64,000 bases of DNA from Candidatus Omnitrophota bacterium (GTDB lineage Bacteria; Omnitrophota; Gorgyraeia; Gygaellales; Profunditerraquicolaceae): positions 106,620-170,619 of the forward strand of contig JAPLLX010000001.1 of assembly GCA_026387335.1 (NCBI GenBank), read 5' to 3'. Positions 20,068-29,435 of this stretch are shown here, piece after piece. Within the stretch, counting starts at the first letter, position 1. Each line of letters opens with the position of its first letter. The notes beneath the pieces were generated by a model. That model had not been told where the DNA came from, did no database searches, and was given only the letters and a program-made list of their open reading frames with translations. The translations under genes and the position numbers were made by a program.

Positions 20068-20135
20068 AAAATTAATTTTGAATGGGCGGAATTTTTAGCA
20101 GAATGATGAGCGCTACGATAAATAGAGATTGAATA

Positions 20136-21737
20136 ATGGCTAGTATGTTATTGGTACATTGCAATAGACTTGTTTCCGGTGTTCAATACCCCGGTATCTC
20201 AAGTATAGCTGCTTTTGTGAAGCGCGCTGGTCATAGAGTAATTTTTTTTGATACAGCTCATTACACAGACAGTAGAAGTATGGAATCATACAGTGCGTAC
20301 AGAGATATAAAGACTCGTATTGATTTGGAGTTTAAGGGTATAAAGAATAAACAGCTGATGCCATCAAAAAAACCAATAGATATATTACTCTGGGATCTTG
20401 AAAACGAATTTGCTAAAAATAGAATAGATATTATAGGGTTTTCTTCTTTTTCTGACGATTGGCCTTTCGCGCTTTTCCTAATAAAAAAGGTTCATGCTAT
20501 TGAACCAAATCTTCCGATTATTGTAGGAGGAATTCATGCTATTGTTAGTCCAGAGCAAGTGATTAAACATGATGAAGTTTCCATGGTTTGCGTAGGAGAA
20601 GGCGAGATGCCGATAGTTGAGTTATTAAACTCCATTGATGCCGGTAGAATTGATCTTAATATTAGAAATCTATGGATAAGGCACGAAGGGAAAATCATCC
20701 AAAACCCTAGGAGACCTTTATTGGCTTTCAGTGAAAATTTGCCGATGCTTGACTGGAGTTTATATAGCGGTATTCACTTTTATTTTCCTTTTGATGGTAA
20801 ATTATATCGGAGAGGAAGCGTTTTTATGGGCCGGGGTTGTCCATATTCATGTAGCTTTTGTATAAATAATTTCATTAAGAAAATCTATCCCAAAGAACAG
20901 GGTAGAACTTACCTTAAGAGCGTGGAATACCTGATAAAGGAGATTGTTTTTCTAAAAAATAATTACAATTTAGAGTTCCTGCGATTTTGGGATCAAACTT
21001 TTCTCGCCATGCCGAAGGGGTATTTATCGGAATTCGCAAAAGCTTATAATAAAGAAGTAAGGTTACCCTTTACGATAGAAACTATGGCTCAGACTGTTAC
21101 TCATGAGAATGCTAAGATGCTTGTTACTATGGGGTGTCAGTCCGTAAGTGTAGGAGTAGAGACTTCAAATGAGAATTTGAGAAAAAATATTCTAAACAAA
21201 CCGATAAAGAATGAGGTATATGATAGATGTTTTAAGATACTTTCAGAATACGGATTACGTAAAGTTGCTAATTTTATGTTTTTTCTTCCGCATCAAACAC
21301 TTGATGATATGTGGGAGGATGTTTCTATGTGTAAGAGATGGGGCATAGATCATCCCTCCGCCAGGATTTTCTATCCGTATCGGGGGACGCAATTACGCGA
21401 GTATTGTCTTAATAACGATTTACTTGATCTTGATCTTCTTGAGAGGATCGAGAATGAAAATGCGATCGGAGAGATAGGGAATTTAAATGAGAACCATGTT
21501 ACTTTTCAAGATACTGTTTTAAAATTTGATAACAAGCTAAAAGAAGAGGGAAGGCGGCTGCTGGATAATTTTATTTTATTTCAGGAGACTGAAGAATCAG
21601 CTTATGTCGATGTAAGAAAGTTACTTATAAAGAACGATATGGATTCGAATGACGCCTTGAGAAGAATGGAGCGCCAGATATATATAAAACGTTTTAAGGA
21701 AGAACCATTAACGGCAAATTACGGGATGAACTGTTGA
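20136..21737 (+). CDS. B12-binding-domain radical SAM enzyme (class B rSAM, copy 1)
   Basis: N-terminal B12-binding-like Rossmann region, then 'GRGCPYSCSFC' (CX3CX2C) and 'SVSVGVETSNE'. Confidence 0.8.
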   Translation: MASMLLVHCNRLVSGVQYPGISSIAAFVKRAGHRVIFFDTAHYTDSRSMESYSAYRDIKTRIDLEFKGIKNKQLMPSKKPIDILLWDLENEFAKNRIDIIGFSSFSDDWPFALFLIKKVHAIEPNLPIIVGGIHAIVSPEQVIKHDEVSMVCVGEGEMPIVELLNSIDAGRIDLNIRNLWIRHEGKIIQNPRRPLLAFSENLPMLDWSLYSGIHFYFPFDGKLYRRGSVFMGRGCPYSCSFCINNFIKKIYPKEQGRTYLKSVEYLIKEIVFLKNNYNLEFLRFWDQTFLAMPKGYLSEFAKAYNKEVRLPFTIETMAQTVTHENAKMLVTMGCQSVSVGVETSNENLRKNILNKPIKNEVYDRCFKILSEYGLRKVANFMFFLPHQTLDDMWEDVSMCKRWGIDHPSARIFYPYRGTQLREYCLNNDLLDLDLLERIENENAIGEIGNLNENHVTFQDTVLKFDNKLKEEGRRLLDNFILFQETEESAYVDVRKLLIKNDMDSNDALRRMERQIYIKRFKEEPLTANYGMNC

Positions 21738-22004
21738 ATCGGGAGAGCTTTTACAACATTGTTTGAAGCAAAAGTGCTTGTAGGACGCCGGAAGACAGAA
21801 TATAATACGGGTCAGGCCGCACAGTTCATTGAATTACAGTCTCCTGCTCCAGGGGCTATTAAGCCGGAATGGCTAGAAAATGCGGTTACTCTCTCTTAAG
21901 AACTGGTACAATTTATAGGAGCAGGTCACTTAATCAACAGTCTGTTTTTAATTATTTAAGAGAAGAAATAACTTGATGGCAAGCACTAATTTTACTATAA
22001 GTAT

Positions 22005-22970
22005 ATGAAAAAAAACCGGTTATTTAATAGGAGGATTTTAAAACTAAAATCATTAACCCAAAGGGAGCATGGGTTAAAGATTTCGATAATTGCGCCGTTA
22101 GAATTAAAGCATAATCTTGATCTAAATGGAGACCTAAAAAAGGTTGCTCAGCGAATAGCAAAGGCTAAGAAGAAGGGCGCATCTATTATATGGATGATAG
22201 GGGGGCATGTTATTAGATCCGGGGTTCAGCGATATATCATAGATTTGATGGAGAGAGGATATATTTCATGCCTGGCTATGAACGGAGCCGGGATTATCCA
22301 TGATTATGAACTTGCTCTTATCGGAGCAACTACCGAGAGCGTGGCTAAATATATCAAAGAAGGGCAATTCGGTTTATGGAAGGAAACAGGAGAAATCAAT
22401 AATATAATCAATAGAAGCTATAAACAGGGTCTTGGCCTGGGTGAGGGAGTCGGTAAGGCTATTTATGAAGGGAATTTTCCTTATAAAGAGTTTAGCCTGC
22501 TGGCGGCTGGTTATCGTTTGAAGGTTTTAGTAACGGTGCATGTCGGCATAGGTTACGATATTATCCATGAGCATCCTAATTGCGACGGCGCGGCAATGGG
22601 CGCAACTTCTTACCGCGATTTCCTAATGTTTGCTAAAGTCATTAGTAACTTGGAAAAAGGAATTATAATGAATTTCGGTAGCGCGGTAATGGCCCCGGAG
22701 GTATTTTTGAAGGCTTTGAGTATGGCCAGGAACGTTGCTCATCAGAGGAGGAAACAAATAAAGCATTTTACTTCTGTTGTTTGCGATCTTTATAATTTAC
22801 CACCTAAATTTAGCAAAGAGCCGGGGAAACACAATCCGGGTTATTATTTTAGGCCGTGGAAGACAATGCTTGTTAGGACAGTAGCTGACGGAGGAAGCGC
22901 TTTTTACATAAAAGGCTGCCATGCGGATGTAATCCCTGCACTATGGAAGGAAATTAATGAAAGTTCTTGA
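22005..22970 (+). CDS. Hypothetical protein with deoxyhypusine-synthase-like sequence pattern
   Basis: 'IIWMIGGHVIRSGVQRYIIDLMERGYISCLAMNGAGIIHDYELAL' parallels the DHS core '[43 protein letters not shown]'. By-eye similarity only. Confidence 0.3.
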   Translation: MKKNRLFNRRILKLKSLTQREHGLKISIIAPLELKHNLDLNGDLKKVAQRIAKAKKKGASIIWMIGGHVIRSGVQRYIIDLMERGYISCLAMNGAGIIHDYELALIGATTESVAKYIKEGQFGLWKETGEINNIINRSYKQGLGLGEGVGKAIYEGNFPYKEFSLLAAGYRLKVLVTVHVGIGYDIIHEHPNCDGAAMGATSYRDFLMFAKVISNLEKGIIMNFGSAVMAPEVFLKALSMARNVAHQRRKQIKHFTSVVCDLYNLPPKFSKEPGKHNPGYYFRPWKTMLVRTVADGGSAFYIKGCHADVIPALWKEINESS

Positions 22971-23433
22971 GTTCGATGCCTTAGCCGAAAAAATCAAGTG
23001 CTTAAAAGGCCCTGGAAAGAAAATTATCCTTTGTCACGGATGTTTTGATCTAATGCATCCCGGGCATATAAAATATTTTCAGGCAGCCAAGAAAATGGGA
23101 GATATCCTTGTGGTAACGGTTACCCCTGATATTTATGTTGATAAAGGGCCGGGTAGGCCGGTATTTAACCAGCAATTGCGCTCTGAATCAATCGCGGCTC
23201 TTGAGTGTGTTGATTATGTAGCAATTAATAAATGGCCTACGGCGGAAGAAACCATTAGATTATTAAAGCCTGATATATATGTAAAAGGGCAGGAGTTTGA
23301 AGGGCTTAAAGATAAAACCGGAAAGCTTCAGAAAGAATTAAAAGTTATTCAAGAGGTCGGAGCCGAAATCAGGTTTACGCATGAAATAGTATTTTCCTCA
23401 ACGGATTTAATTAATAACAACCTTAAGAGATAA
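22957..23433 (+). CDS. Cytidylyltransferase-like nucleotidyltransferase (RfaE/HldE domain II-like, stand-alone)
   Basis: 'ILCHGCFDLMHPGHIKYF' (HxGH) and 'DILVVTV'. 158 aa. Confidence 0.7.
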   Translation: MKVLEFDALAEKIKCLKGPGKKIILCHGCFDLMHPGHIKYFQAAKKMGDILVVTVTPDIYVDKGPGRPVFNQQLRSESIAALECVDYVAINKWPTAEETIRLLKPDIYVKGQEFEGLKDKTGKLQKELKVIQEVGAEIRFTHEIVFSSTDLINNNLKR

Positions 23434-23435
23434 AA

Positions 23436-24968
23436 ATGAAAAACTCACCTAAAAGCAAAATATTGTTACTCGACGATTTAATTAAAAAAGTAAGTAGCCT
23501 GCGGGCTTCCGGGAAAGTTGTAGTTCAGAGCCACGGGATTTTCGACTTGATCCATCCGGGAGTAATCGAGCATCTTAAATCAGCCAAGGAGCGAGGGGAT
23601 ATATTAATAGCTACTGTTATAGCGGATAAAGATGTACGTAAGGGTCCGGGAAGGCCGATCTTTCCTGGAAACTTGAGGGCAGATAATGTGGCGAGCCTCT
23701 CAATGATTGATTATGTTTGCGTGGTCAGCGATGAAAAGCCTTTTGAATGCGTAAAAAGGATAAAACCTGATATTTTTGCCAGGGGTAAATCCATAAAAGA
23801 CCAAGCCAATGAAATCAGCAATAAGATATTTGAAGAGGAAAAGGAGCTTTATTTTGGTAAGGTGAGGATCCATGAGACCGGCGGATTCTCTTTAAGCTCA
23901 TCGGAAATAATCAATAATTTTCTCGATATCTATCCGGAAGAGGTAAAAAGCTTCCTGAAGCGTTTCTCTAAGAAGTATAACTTTAAGGAAATCAGCGAAA
24001 AGATCAATAGCCTAAAGAAGCTAAAGATCCTGCTTATCGGCGATGGGATAATCGATGAGTATCATTATTGCGAGGCAATGGGCAGGTCAGCCAAAGCCCC
24101 ATTAGTGGTGAACAAATACATAACCCATGAAGTATTTGCCGGGGGCGCTTTTGCTATTGCGAACCACTTGGCGGGATTATCAAGCGATATCCACTTAGTT
24201 TCTTTGCTGGGGAATGATCTCGCGAAGGAAGATTTCATCCGCTCCAGCTTAAAGCCGAACGTAACTCCGAAGTTTTTTTACCGCAAAGACGGCTCAACTG
24301 TGGTTAAAAAGAGGTACATTAATCAGTATCAGAACCAGAAGCTTTTTGAAGTCAATTACCTGAGTGATGCCTATATTAACGGAGGGCTTGAATCGGAAAT
24401 AATCAAGTATCTAAAAGGCACGGTAAAGTCTTATGATTTAATTTTGATCTCTGACTTTGGACATGGGTTCATTACGAACAGGATAATCGAAACGATCCAA
24501 AATTCCGGAGTAAAATTCGCGGTGAATACCCAGACAAATGCCGCTAATGCCGGTTACAACATGATTACTAAATATCGTAAGCCGCTTTATGTTTGCCTGG
24601 ATGAACCGGAGTTAAGATGGGCAGCGCAGGAGAGATTCGCCGATATTGAATCTGTGGCTAAGAAAATTCTGGAAAGCATACATGCTTCTAACCTTATTGT
24701 GACCTTGGGTAAAAGAGGTTCATTCGGGATAAATAATAAGGACCAGGTAAATCATACGCCGATTTTTTCTTCAAAAGTTATAGATACTGTTGGCGCAGGA
24801 GACGCCTTTTTTGCTTTTACTGCGCCCTGTATCGCTCAGAAGATGCCTCTGGATTTAGTTTCTTTTATCGGAAACGCCGTGGGCGCCTTAGCCGTCCAGA
24901 TCGTTTGTAATAAGAGACCGGTTGAGAAGTACGAGTTATTTGAGTTTATTCACGCGCTTTTAGAATAA
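23436..24968 (+). CDS. Bifunctional sugar-phosphate nucleotidyltransferase (N-terminus) / pfkB-family sugar kinase (C-terminus); HldE-like with reversed domain order
   Basis: N-terminus 'VVVQSHGIFDLIHPGVIEHL' (HxGH). C-terminus ribokinase-family 'DTVGAGDAFFA' and 'KILLIGDGIIDEYHYCEAMGRSAKAPL' like HldE domain I. Confidence 0.75.
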   Translation: MKNSPKSKILLLDDLIKKVSSLRASGKVVVQSHGIFDLIHPGVIEHLKSAKERGDILIATVIADKDVRKGPGRPIFPGNLRADNVASLSMIDYVCVVSDEKPFECVKRIKPDIFARGKSIKDQANEISNKIFEEEKELYFGKVRIHETGGFSLSSSEIINNFLDIYPEEVKSFLKRFSKKYNFKEISEKINSLKKLKILLIGDGIIDEYHYCEAMGRSAKAPLVVNKYITHEVFAGGAFAIANHLAGLSSDIHLVSLLGNDLAKEDFIRSSLKPNVTPKFFYRKDGSTVVKKRYINQYQNQKLFEVNYLSDAYINGGLESEIIKYLKGTVKSYDLILISDFGHGFITNRIIETIQNSGVKFAVNTQTNAANAGYNMITKYRKPLYVCLDEPELRWAAQERFADIESVAKKILESIHASNLIVTLGKRGSFGINNKDQVNHTPIFSSKVIDTVGAGDAFFAFTAPCIAQKMPLDLVSFIGNAVGALAVQIVCNKRPVEKYELFEFIHALLE

Positions 24969-24973
24969 GAGGG

Positions 24974-25549
24974 TTGACGATGAAGAATAAAATAAAAAAT
25001 TATCATAAAAAATTTATTAACTTAATCAACTCGATTGAGGTTACGGATAGATCTGGGAAAGCCTTGGATTTTTATCAAGGGATTGAATTAGCTTGTTCAG
25101 TCATTAGAAAGCAATCTCGGCTAGGAGGAAAGGTTTTCTTTATCGGAAACGGAGGGAGTGCGGCTATCGCCAGCCACATGGCTATTGATTTCTGGAAAAA
25201 CTTAAAGATAGAGGCACTCTCTTTTAGCGATAGCTCTCTTTTGACCTGCATCAGCAATGATTTTGGCTATGACTATGTCTTTGCCAAGCCAATTGAATTC
25301 TTTGCCGGTAAAAAGGATATCTTGCTTAGTATCAGCAGTTCTGGAAAATCCCAAAATATACTTAAGGCAGTAGCTGCGGCTAAAGCCAAAGGAGCCAGCG
25401 TCATAACCTTATCCGGTTTTAGCAAAAATAATCCCTTAAGGCTCAAGGGTATTTGTAATTTTTATGTTCCAGCAAGCGAATACGGGCTTGTGGAAGTAGG
25501 GCATCAATACGTTTGCCATTATATTGCCGATATCTTATTGCAGAAATAA
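24974..25549 (+). CDS. gmhA: Sedoheptulose-7-phosphate isomerase (SIS domain, GmhA)
   Basis: 'KVFFIGNGGSAAIASHMAIDF' and 'ISSSGKSQNIL' are GmhA SIS signatures. 191 aa. Confidence 0.8.
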   Translation: MTMKNKIKNYHKKFINLINSIEVTDRSGKALDFYQGIELACSVIRKQSRLGGKVFFIGNGGSAAIASHMAIDFWKNLKIEALSFSDSSLLTCISNDFGYDYVFAKPIEFFAGKKDILLSISSSGKSQNILKAVAAAKAKGASVITLSGFSKNNPLRLKGICNFYVPASEYGLVEVGHQYVCHYIADILLQK

Positions 25550-25550
25550 A

Positions 25551-26618
25551 ATGGATGAATTCAAAATAGACAGCCATAAATTAATCTATCATGTTTCAAG
25601 GGTGAATGACTGGATAGAGGGTAAAAATATCTTTCCGATTTACCTTGAAATATCGACTTCAGGTTCCTGTAATCACCGCTGCACTTATTGCGCCTTGGAT
25701 TTTATGGGGTATCAGCCGAGGTTTCTGAAAACGGATATTTTGAAGAAAAGGCTTTCTGAGATGGCGCGTCTGGGCGTGAAAAGTATCATGTACGCAGGAG
25801 AAGGCGAGCCACTTCTGCATAAAGATATAGCAGAAATAATTAATCACACCAAGAGTTCAGGTATTGATGTGGGACTGACCACCAACGGAGTCTTACTAGA
25901 CAAAGAGTTAATTGACCGGACTTTGGCTAATGTTTCTTGGGTTAAAGTAAGTATAAACGGCGCAACTAAAGAAACTTATAGAAAAATTCATCAAAGCAAA
26001 GCGGTTGATTTAGATAAAGTGATTAAGAATATGAGATACGCTGTTAAATCGCGCATTAAGAATGGACACAAATGCGTTCTTGGGATGCAGCTTTTGCTTT
26101 TACCGGAAAACAGCAAGGAGGTTAAAGCATTAGCTGTGTTGGCAAGCGGAATAGGTCTGGATTATTTAGTGGTAAAGCCTTATTCGCAGCATCCATTTAG
26201 CAAAACTACTAGGTATAAGAATATTAAATATGATAAATATCTTAAGCTTGCTGATGAACTAAAAGCTTTTAAGACAGATAAATTTAATGTGATCTTTCGC
26301 GCAAATACTATGAAGAAGTGGGATCATGAGACACGTAACTATAAACATTGTTATGCTTTACCTTTCTGGTCTTATATTGATGCGGGTGGAAATGTATGGG
26401 GATGTAGCGTTTACCTGGGGAAGAACGAATTCCTGTACGGAAATATTTATAAGCAAGATTTTAAGGATATTTTGAACAGTCCTAAGAGATCGAGAATAAT
26501 TAAAATGGCTGCCCGGAAGCTTTGTGTTAAGGATTGCAGGGTAAATTGCAGGATGGATGAAATCAACAGGTATCTTTGGGAACTCAAACATCCATCAGAA
26601 CACGTTAATTTTATTTAA
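25551..26618 (+). CDS. Radical SAM enzyme (unknown subfamily) with Cys-rich C-terminus
   Basis: 'GSCNHRCTYC' (CX3CX2C), 'YAGEGEPLL', and C-terminal Cys cluster 'CSVYLG...CVKDCRVNC'. Confidence 0.7.
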   Translation: MDEFKIDSHKLIYHVSRVNDWIEGKNIFPIYLEISTSGSCNHRCTYCALDFMGYQPRFLKTDILKKRLSEMARLGVKSIMYAGEGEPLLHKDIAEIINHTKSSGIDVGLTTNGVLLDKELIDRTLANVSWVKVSINGATKETYRKIHQSKAVDLDKVIKNMRYAVKSRIKNGHKCVLGMQLLLLPENSKEVKALAVLASGIGLDYLVVKPYSQHPFSKTTRYKNIKYDKYLKLADELKAFKTDKFNVIFRANTMKKWDHETRNYKHCYALPFWSYIDAGGNVWGCSVYLGKNEFLYGNIYKQDFKDILNSPKRSRIIKMAARKLCVKDCRVNCRMDEINRYLWELKHPSEHVNFI

Positions 26619-26655
26619 GGTTTTGAATAAAAACATGGAAGGAAAAAAGCTGAGT

Positions 26656-27522
26656 ATGGCGCGCAGTGGTAATAATAAAGATTCAAAACGAATTCTAATT
26701 ACTGGCGCAGGTGGTTTTGTGGGAGGTGCGCTTTTTTCCAAGTTAAAATATGCTAAACCCATTGGCGTAGATTTTGGAATAACAGAGGGTTGTCAAGAAA
26801 ATAAATTATTCAATGTTGACCTTAGAGATGAAGAGGCAGTTAAAACCTTGTTTAATGAGTATTCGCCGGATATAGTATTTCATTTTGCTGCGTTGACTTC
26901 TCCGCAACGAAACGAAAAGAATATCGAGCTTGCTACTGAAGGTCACATTAAAATAACTAACAATATTTTAAATAATTTAAATAAGGATACTCACCTAATA
27001 TTTTTGTCAACTGATAAAGTCTTCGATGGAGTAGATCCTTGTCCGGATGAAAAGGCAAAAGTAAATCCTTTATGGATATACGGAAAACTTAAATGGGAAT
27101 GCGAGAATATCGTTCAAGAACGCTTAAAGAAATCCCATATATTCAGGCTGGGTATTGTGCATTCGTTGGGAGATTGTTTTGCTTCGTCCAAAGAGTCGGG
27201 CCCAAGTTCTTTTGTAGATAAGGCCATTATTGATATAAAAGCCGGCAGAGAAGTAGTGGTATTTGATAATGTCGAGCGTTGTTTTGTAAGATTACGGTTA
27301 CTGGTAAAATTATTAGAAATGGCAATGGATGATTGTCATTATGGAATCTATCATGTTGGTTCAGCGATGATGAATTATTATGATAGGATCCGAATCCTAT
27401 GCGAAGAAGAACGGATAAAATGGGAAGGTAAGCTTATCCCAAGATCCGGTAAGGTATTACCAATAGCGCAGAATTTGAATACAGGTAAGCTTAAGAGGGT
27501 TTTTGGTCTAACCTTCAATTAA
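26656..27522 (+). CDS. NAD-dependent epimerase/dehydratase (extended SDR)
   Basis: 'ILITGAGGFVGGALF' and 'YGKLKWECE' (YxxxK). Start chosen at the ATG after SD-like 'GGAAGGA'. Confidence 0.6.
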   Translation: MARSGNNKDSKRILITGAGGFVGGALFSKLKYAKPIGVDFGITEGCQENKLFNVDLRDEEAVKTLFNEYSPDIVFHFAALTSPQRNEKNIELATEGHIKITNNILNNLNKDTHLIFLSTDKVFDGVDPCPDEKAKVNPLWIYGKLKWECENIVQERLKKSHIFRLGIVHSLGDCFASSKESGPSSFVDKAIIDIKAGREVVVFDNVERCFVRLRLLVKLLEMAMDDCHYGIYHVGSAMMNYYDRIRILCEEERIKWEGKLIPRSGKVLPIAQNLNTGKLKRVFGLTFN

Positions 27523-27564
27523 ACGGGAACGAATAATAATGATGAGCAGAAAAGGAATTAAATA

Positions 27565-28614
27565 ATGAGTGTTTATCCTTTTGTTTTTAAGGCAGCCATA
27601 CTCGAAAAAAATAATAAACCCCTGGTTATTGATAGCATTGAATTTCCCGGACCATTATTAGCGGGACAGGTTTTGGTTAAACTGAGCTATAGCGGAATCT
27701 GTGGAAAGCAGATTGAGGAAATCGATGGAACAGATGGTTCTGACCCGTGGCTACCGCATCTTCTTGGCCATGAAGGTAGCGGCGAAGTCATTGATGTAGG
27801 GCCGGCAGTTATAAAAGTTAAGAAAACTGATACGGTAGTTTTACACTGGATGAAGGGAAGCGGTATCCATTCATCTACCCCACTTTATTTCCGTAAAGGT
27901 TCCCGAATTAACGCGGGATGGGTTACTACCTTTAATGAATTCGCGGTTGTTTCGGAGAATCGGGTTACCCCTATTCCTAAAGGCAGTGATTTGTTAGTTA
28001 GCGCTTTGTTAGGTTGCGCTGCTACTACTGGGGTGGGCGTGGTGATTAATGAAGCGCAAGTTCAGCCTTATGATACGGTGGTTGTTTATGGTTGCGGCGG
28101 TATTGGATTATGTGCAGTGCAAGCTGCGCGGCTAAGATATCCCCGCAAAATTATTGCCGTAGATATTAATAAAGATTCTCTTGTTTTAGCGCGTCAATTT
28201 GGAGCAACGGATTTGATAAATGCGTCAGAAGAAAACGTACTTGAGTATGTGCGTAAGCTTACATCAGGATGCGGCGCAACAAAAGTGATTATTGCTACAG
28301 GTAATCCAGAGGCTATTGAGTTAGCTGTGGAAACAGCAGGGATTCCAGCTCAGGTCTTTTTTGTAGGGGTTCCACCCAAAGGGAGTAAGGTAAAATTGGA
28401 TGCGCATGCAATTATGCATAAAAGATGTATTAATGGTACTCTCGGAGGCGGTATTTGGCCAGATAGAGATATCCCAACTTATTTATCTATGCATAAAGAA
28501 GGCCAGTTGCATTTAGATAAAGTTGTTTCGCGTATCGTACCGTTCGCTGAGATTAACGAGGTAATAAAACAGAAACGCGCAGCGATTGCCGGACGCTGCG
28601 TAATAAAATTTTGA
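27565..28614 (+). CDS. Zinc-dependent medium-chain dehydrogenase/reductase (ADH family)
   Basis: 'GICGKQIEEIDG' and 'GHEGSGEVIDVG' (Zn-ADH signature), plus 'VYGCGGIGL' NAD-binding. Confidence 0.8.
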   Translation: MSVYPFVFKAAILEKNNKPLVIDSIEFPGPLLAGQVLVKLSYSGICGKQIEEIDGTDGSDPWLPHLLGHEGSGEVIDVGPAVIKVKKTDTVVLHWMKGSGIHSSTPLYFRKGSRINAGWVTTFNEFAVVSENRVTPIPKGSDLLVSALLGCAATTGVGVVINEAQVQPYDTVVVYGCGGIGLCAVQAARLRYPRKIIAVDINKDSLVLARQFGATDLINASEENVLEYVRKLTSGCGATKVIIATGNPEAIELAVETAGIPAQVFFVGVPPKGSKVKLDAHAIMHKRCINGTLGGGIWPDRDIPTYLSMHKEGQLHLDKVVSRIVPFAEINEVIKQKRAAIAGRCVIKF

Positions 28615-28638
28615 AATACAAATTTTAAAGAGGTGGGT

Positions 28639-29415
28639 ATGAATTTTGGAATAAAAGATAAAAAAGTTTTAGTTACTGGAGCCAGTAAAGGCATTGGAGC
28701 GGCTATAGCAAGGGCTTTTGCAGCTGAAGGATGCAGATTGTCGTTAATAGCGCGCAATAAAGATAAGCTAAAACAATTATTTGAAGAGATTGGCGGCACT
28801 GTGAAGGGGCATGAATTTCTCTCTATAGATTTGATGGAGCCGGGTGCGCCAACAAAAGCAGTAAAGTCGCTTTTAAAAGATAGCGATCCTTTTGATATAG
28901 TGGTTCATAATGTTGGCGGCGCATTAGGCCTTAAGGATATTTTTGCTCCACTTGGTGATTGGGCTGATGTCTGGCGGTTCAATGTGGGTATTGCTATTGA
29001 GATGAACCGTATTTTGATTCCTCCTATGCGTCAAAGAAAATGGGGTAGAGTGGTTCATCTTTCGTCGATATCCGGAGATCTTGGGGAACCGTTAGAGCCT
29101 TTTGGCGGAGCAATACCTTACGCAGCTGCCAAGGCATATTTAAATGCTTATGTGAAAGGGCTTGGTAGGGAATTAGCCAGGGATAATGTAATTATTTCTG
29201 GCGTGATGCCGGGAGCAGCGCTTTCTGAAGGAAAATATTGGGATAAGACAGTAAAGAATGATCCTGTGCTTGCCAAGAAATTTCTTGATCATTATTATCC
29301 TATTGGACGCTTTGGAAAGCCAGAAGAAATTGCGCCGTTTGTTGTTTTATTAGCATCCGAGCGTGCGACTTTTGCGGCTGGTACATTGATTCCTGTGAGC
29401 GGTGGACGAGTATAA
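28639..29415 (+). CDS. Short-chain dehydrogenase/reductase (classical SDR)
   Basis: 'VLVTGASKGIGAAIA' and 'YAAAKAYLNAYVK' (YxxxK). SD 'AAAGAGGTGGG'. Confidence 0.8.
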   Translation: MNFGIKDKKVLVTGASKGIGAAIARAFAAEGCRLSLIARNKDKLKQLFEEIGGTVKGHEFLSIDLMEPGAPTKAVKSLLKDSDPFDIVVHNVGGALGLKDIFAPLGDWADVWRFNVGIAIEMNRILIPPMRQRKWGRVVHLSSISGDLGEPLEPFGGAIPYAAAKAYLNAYVKGLGRELARDNVIISGVMPGAALSEGKYWDKTVKNDPVLAKKFLDHYYPIGRFGKPEEIAPFVVLLASERATFAAGTLIPVSGGRV

Positions 29416-29435
29416 AAATTATAAAGGATTAAAAA

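Noticed and set aside
21738-22004. Cobalamin riboswitch in the 267-bp gap next to the B12-binding rSAM genes
   Set aside because: I could not find the B12-box consensus or the GCCACTG core on either strand. The nearest resemblance is only a short 'AGGAGAC'-like segment on the minus strand. Orientation and gene context do not fit. It is kept as an unexplained region but not called.
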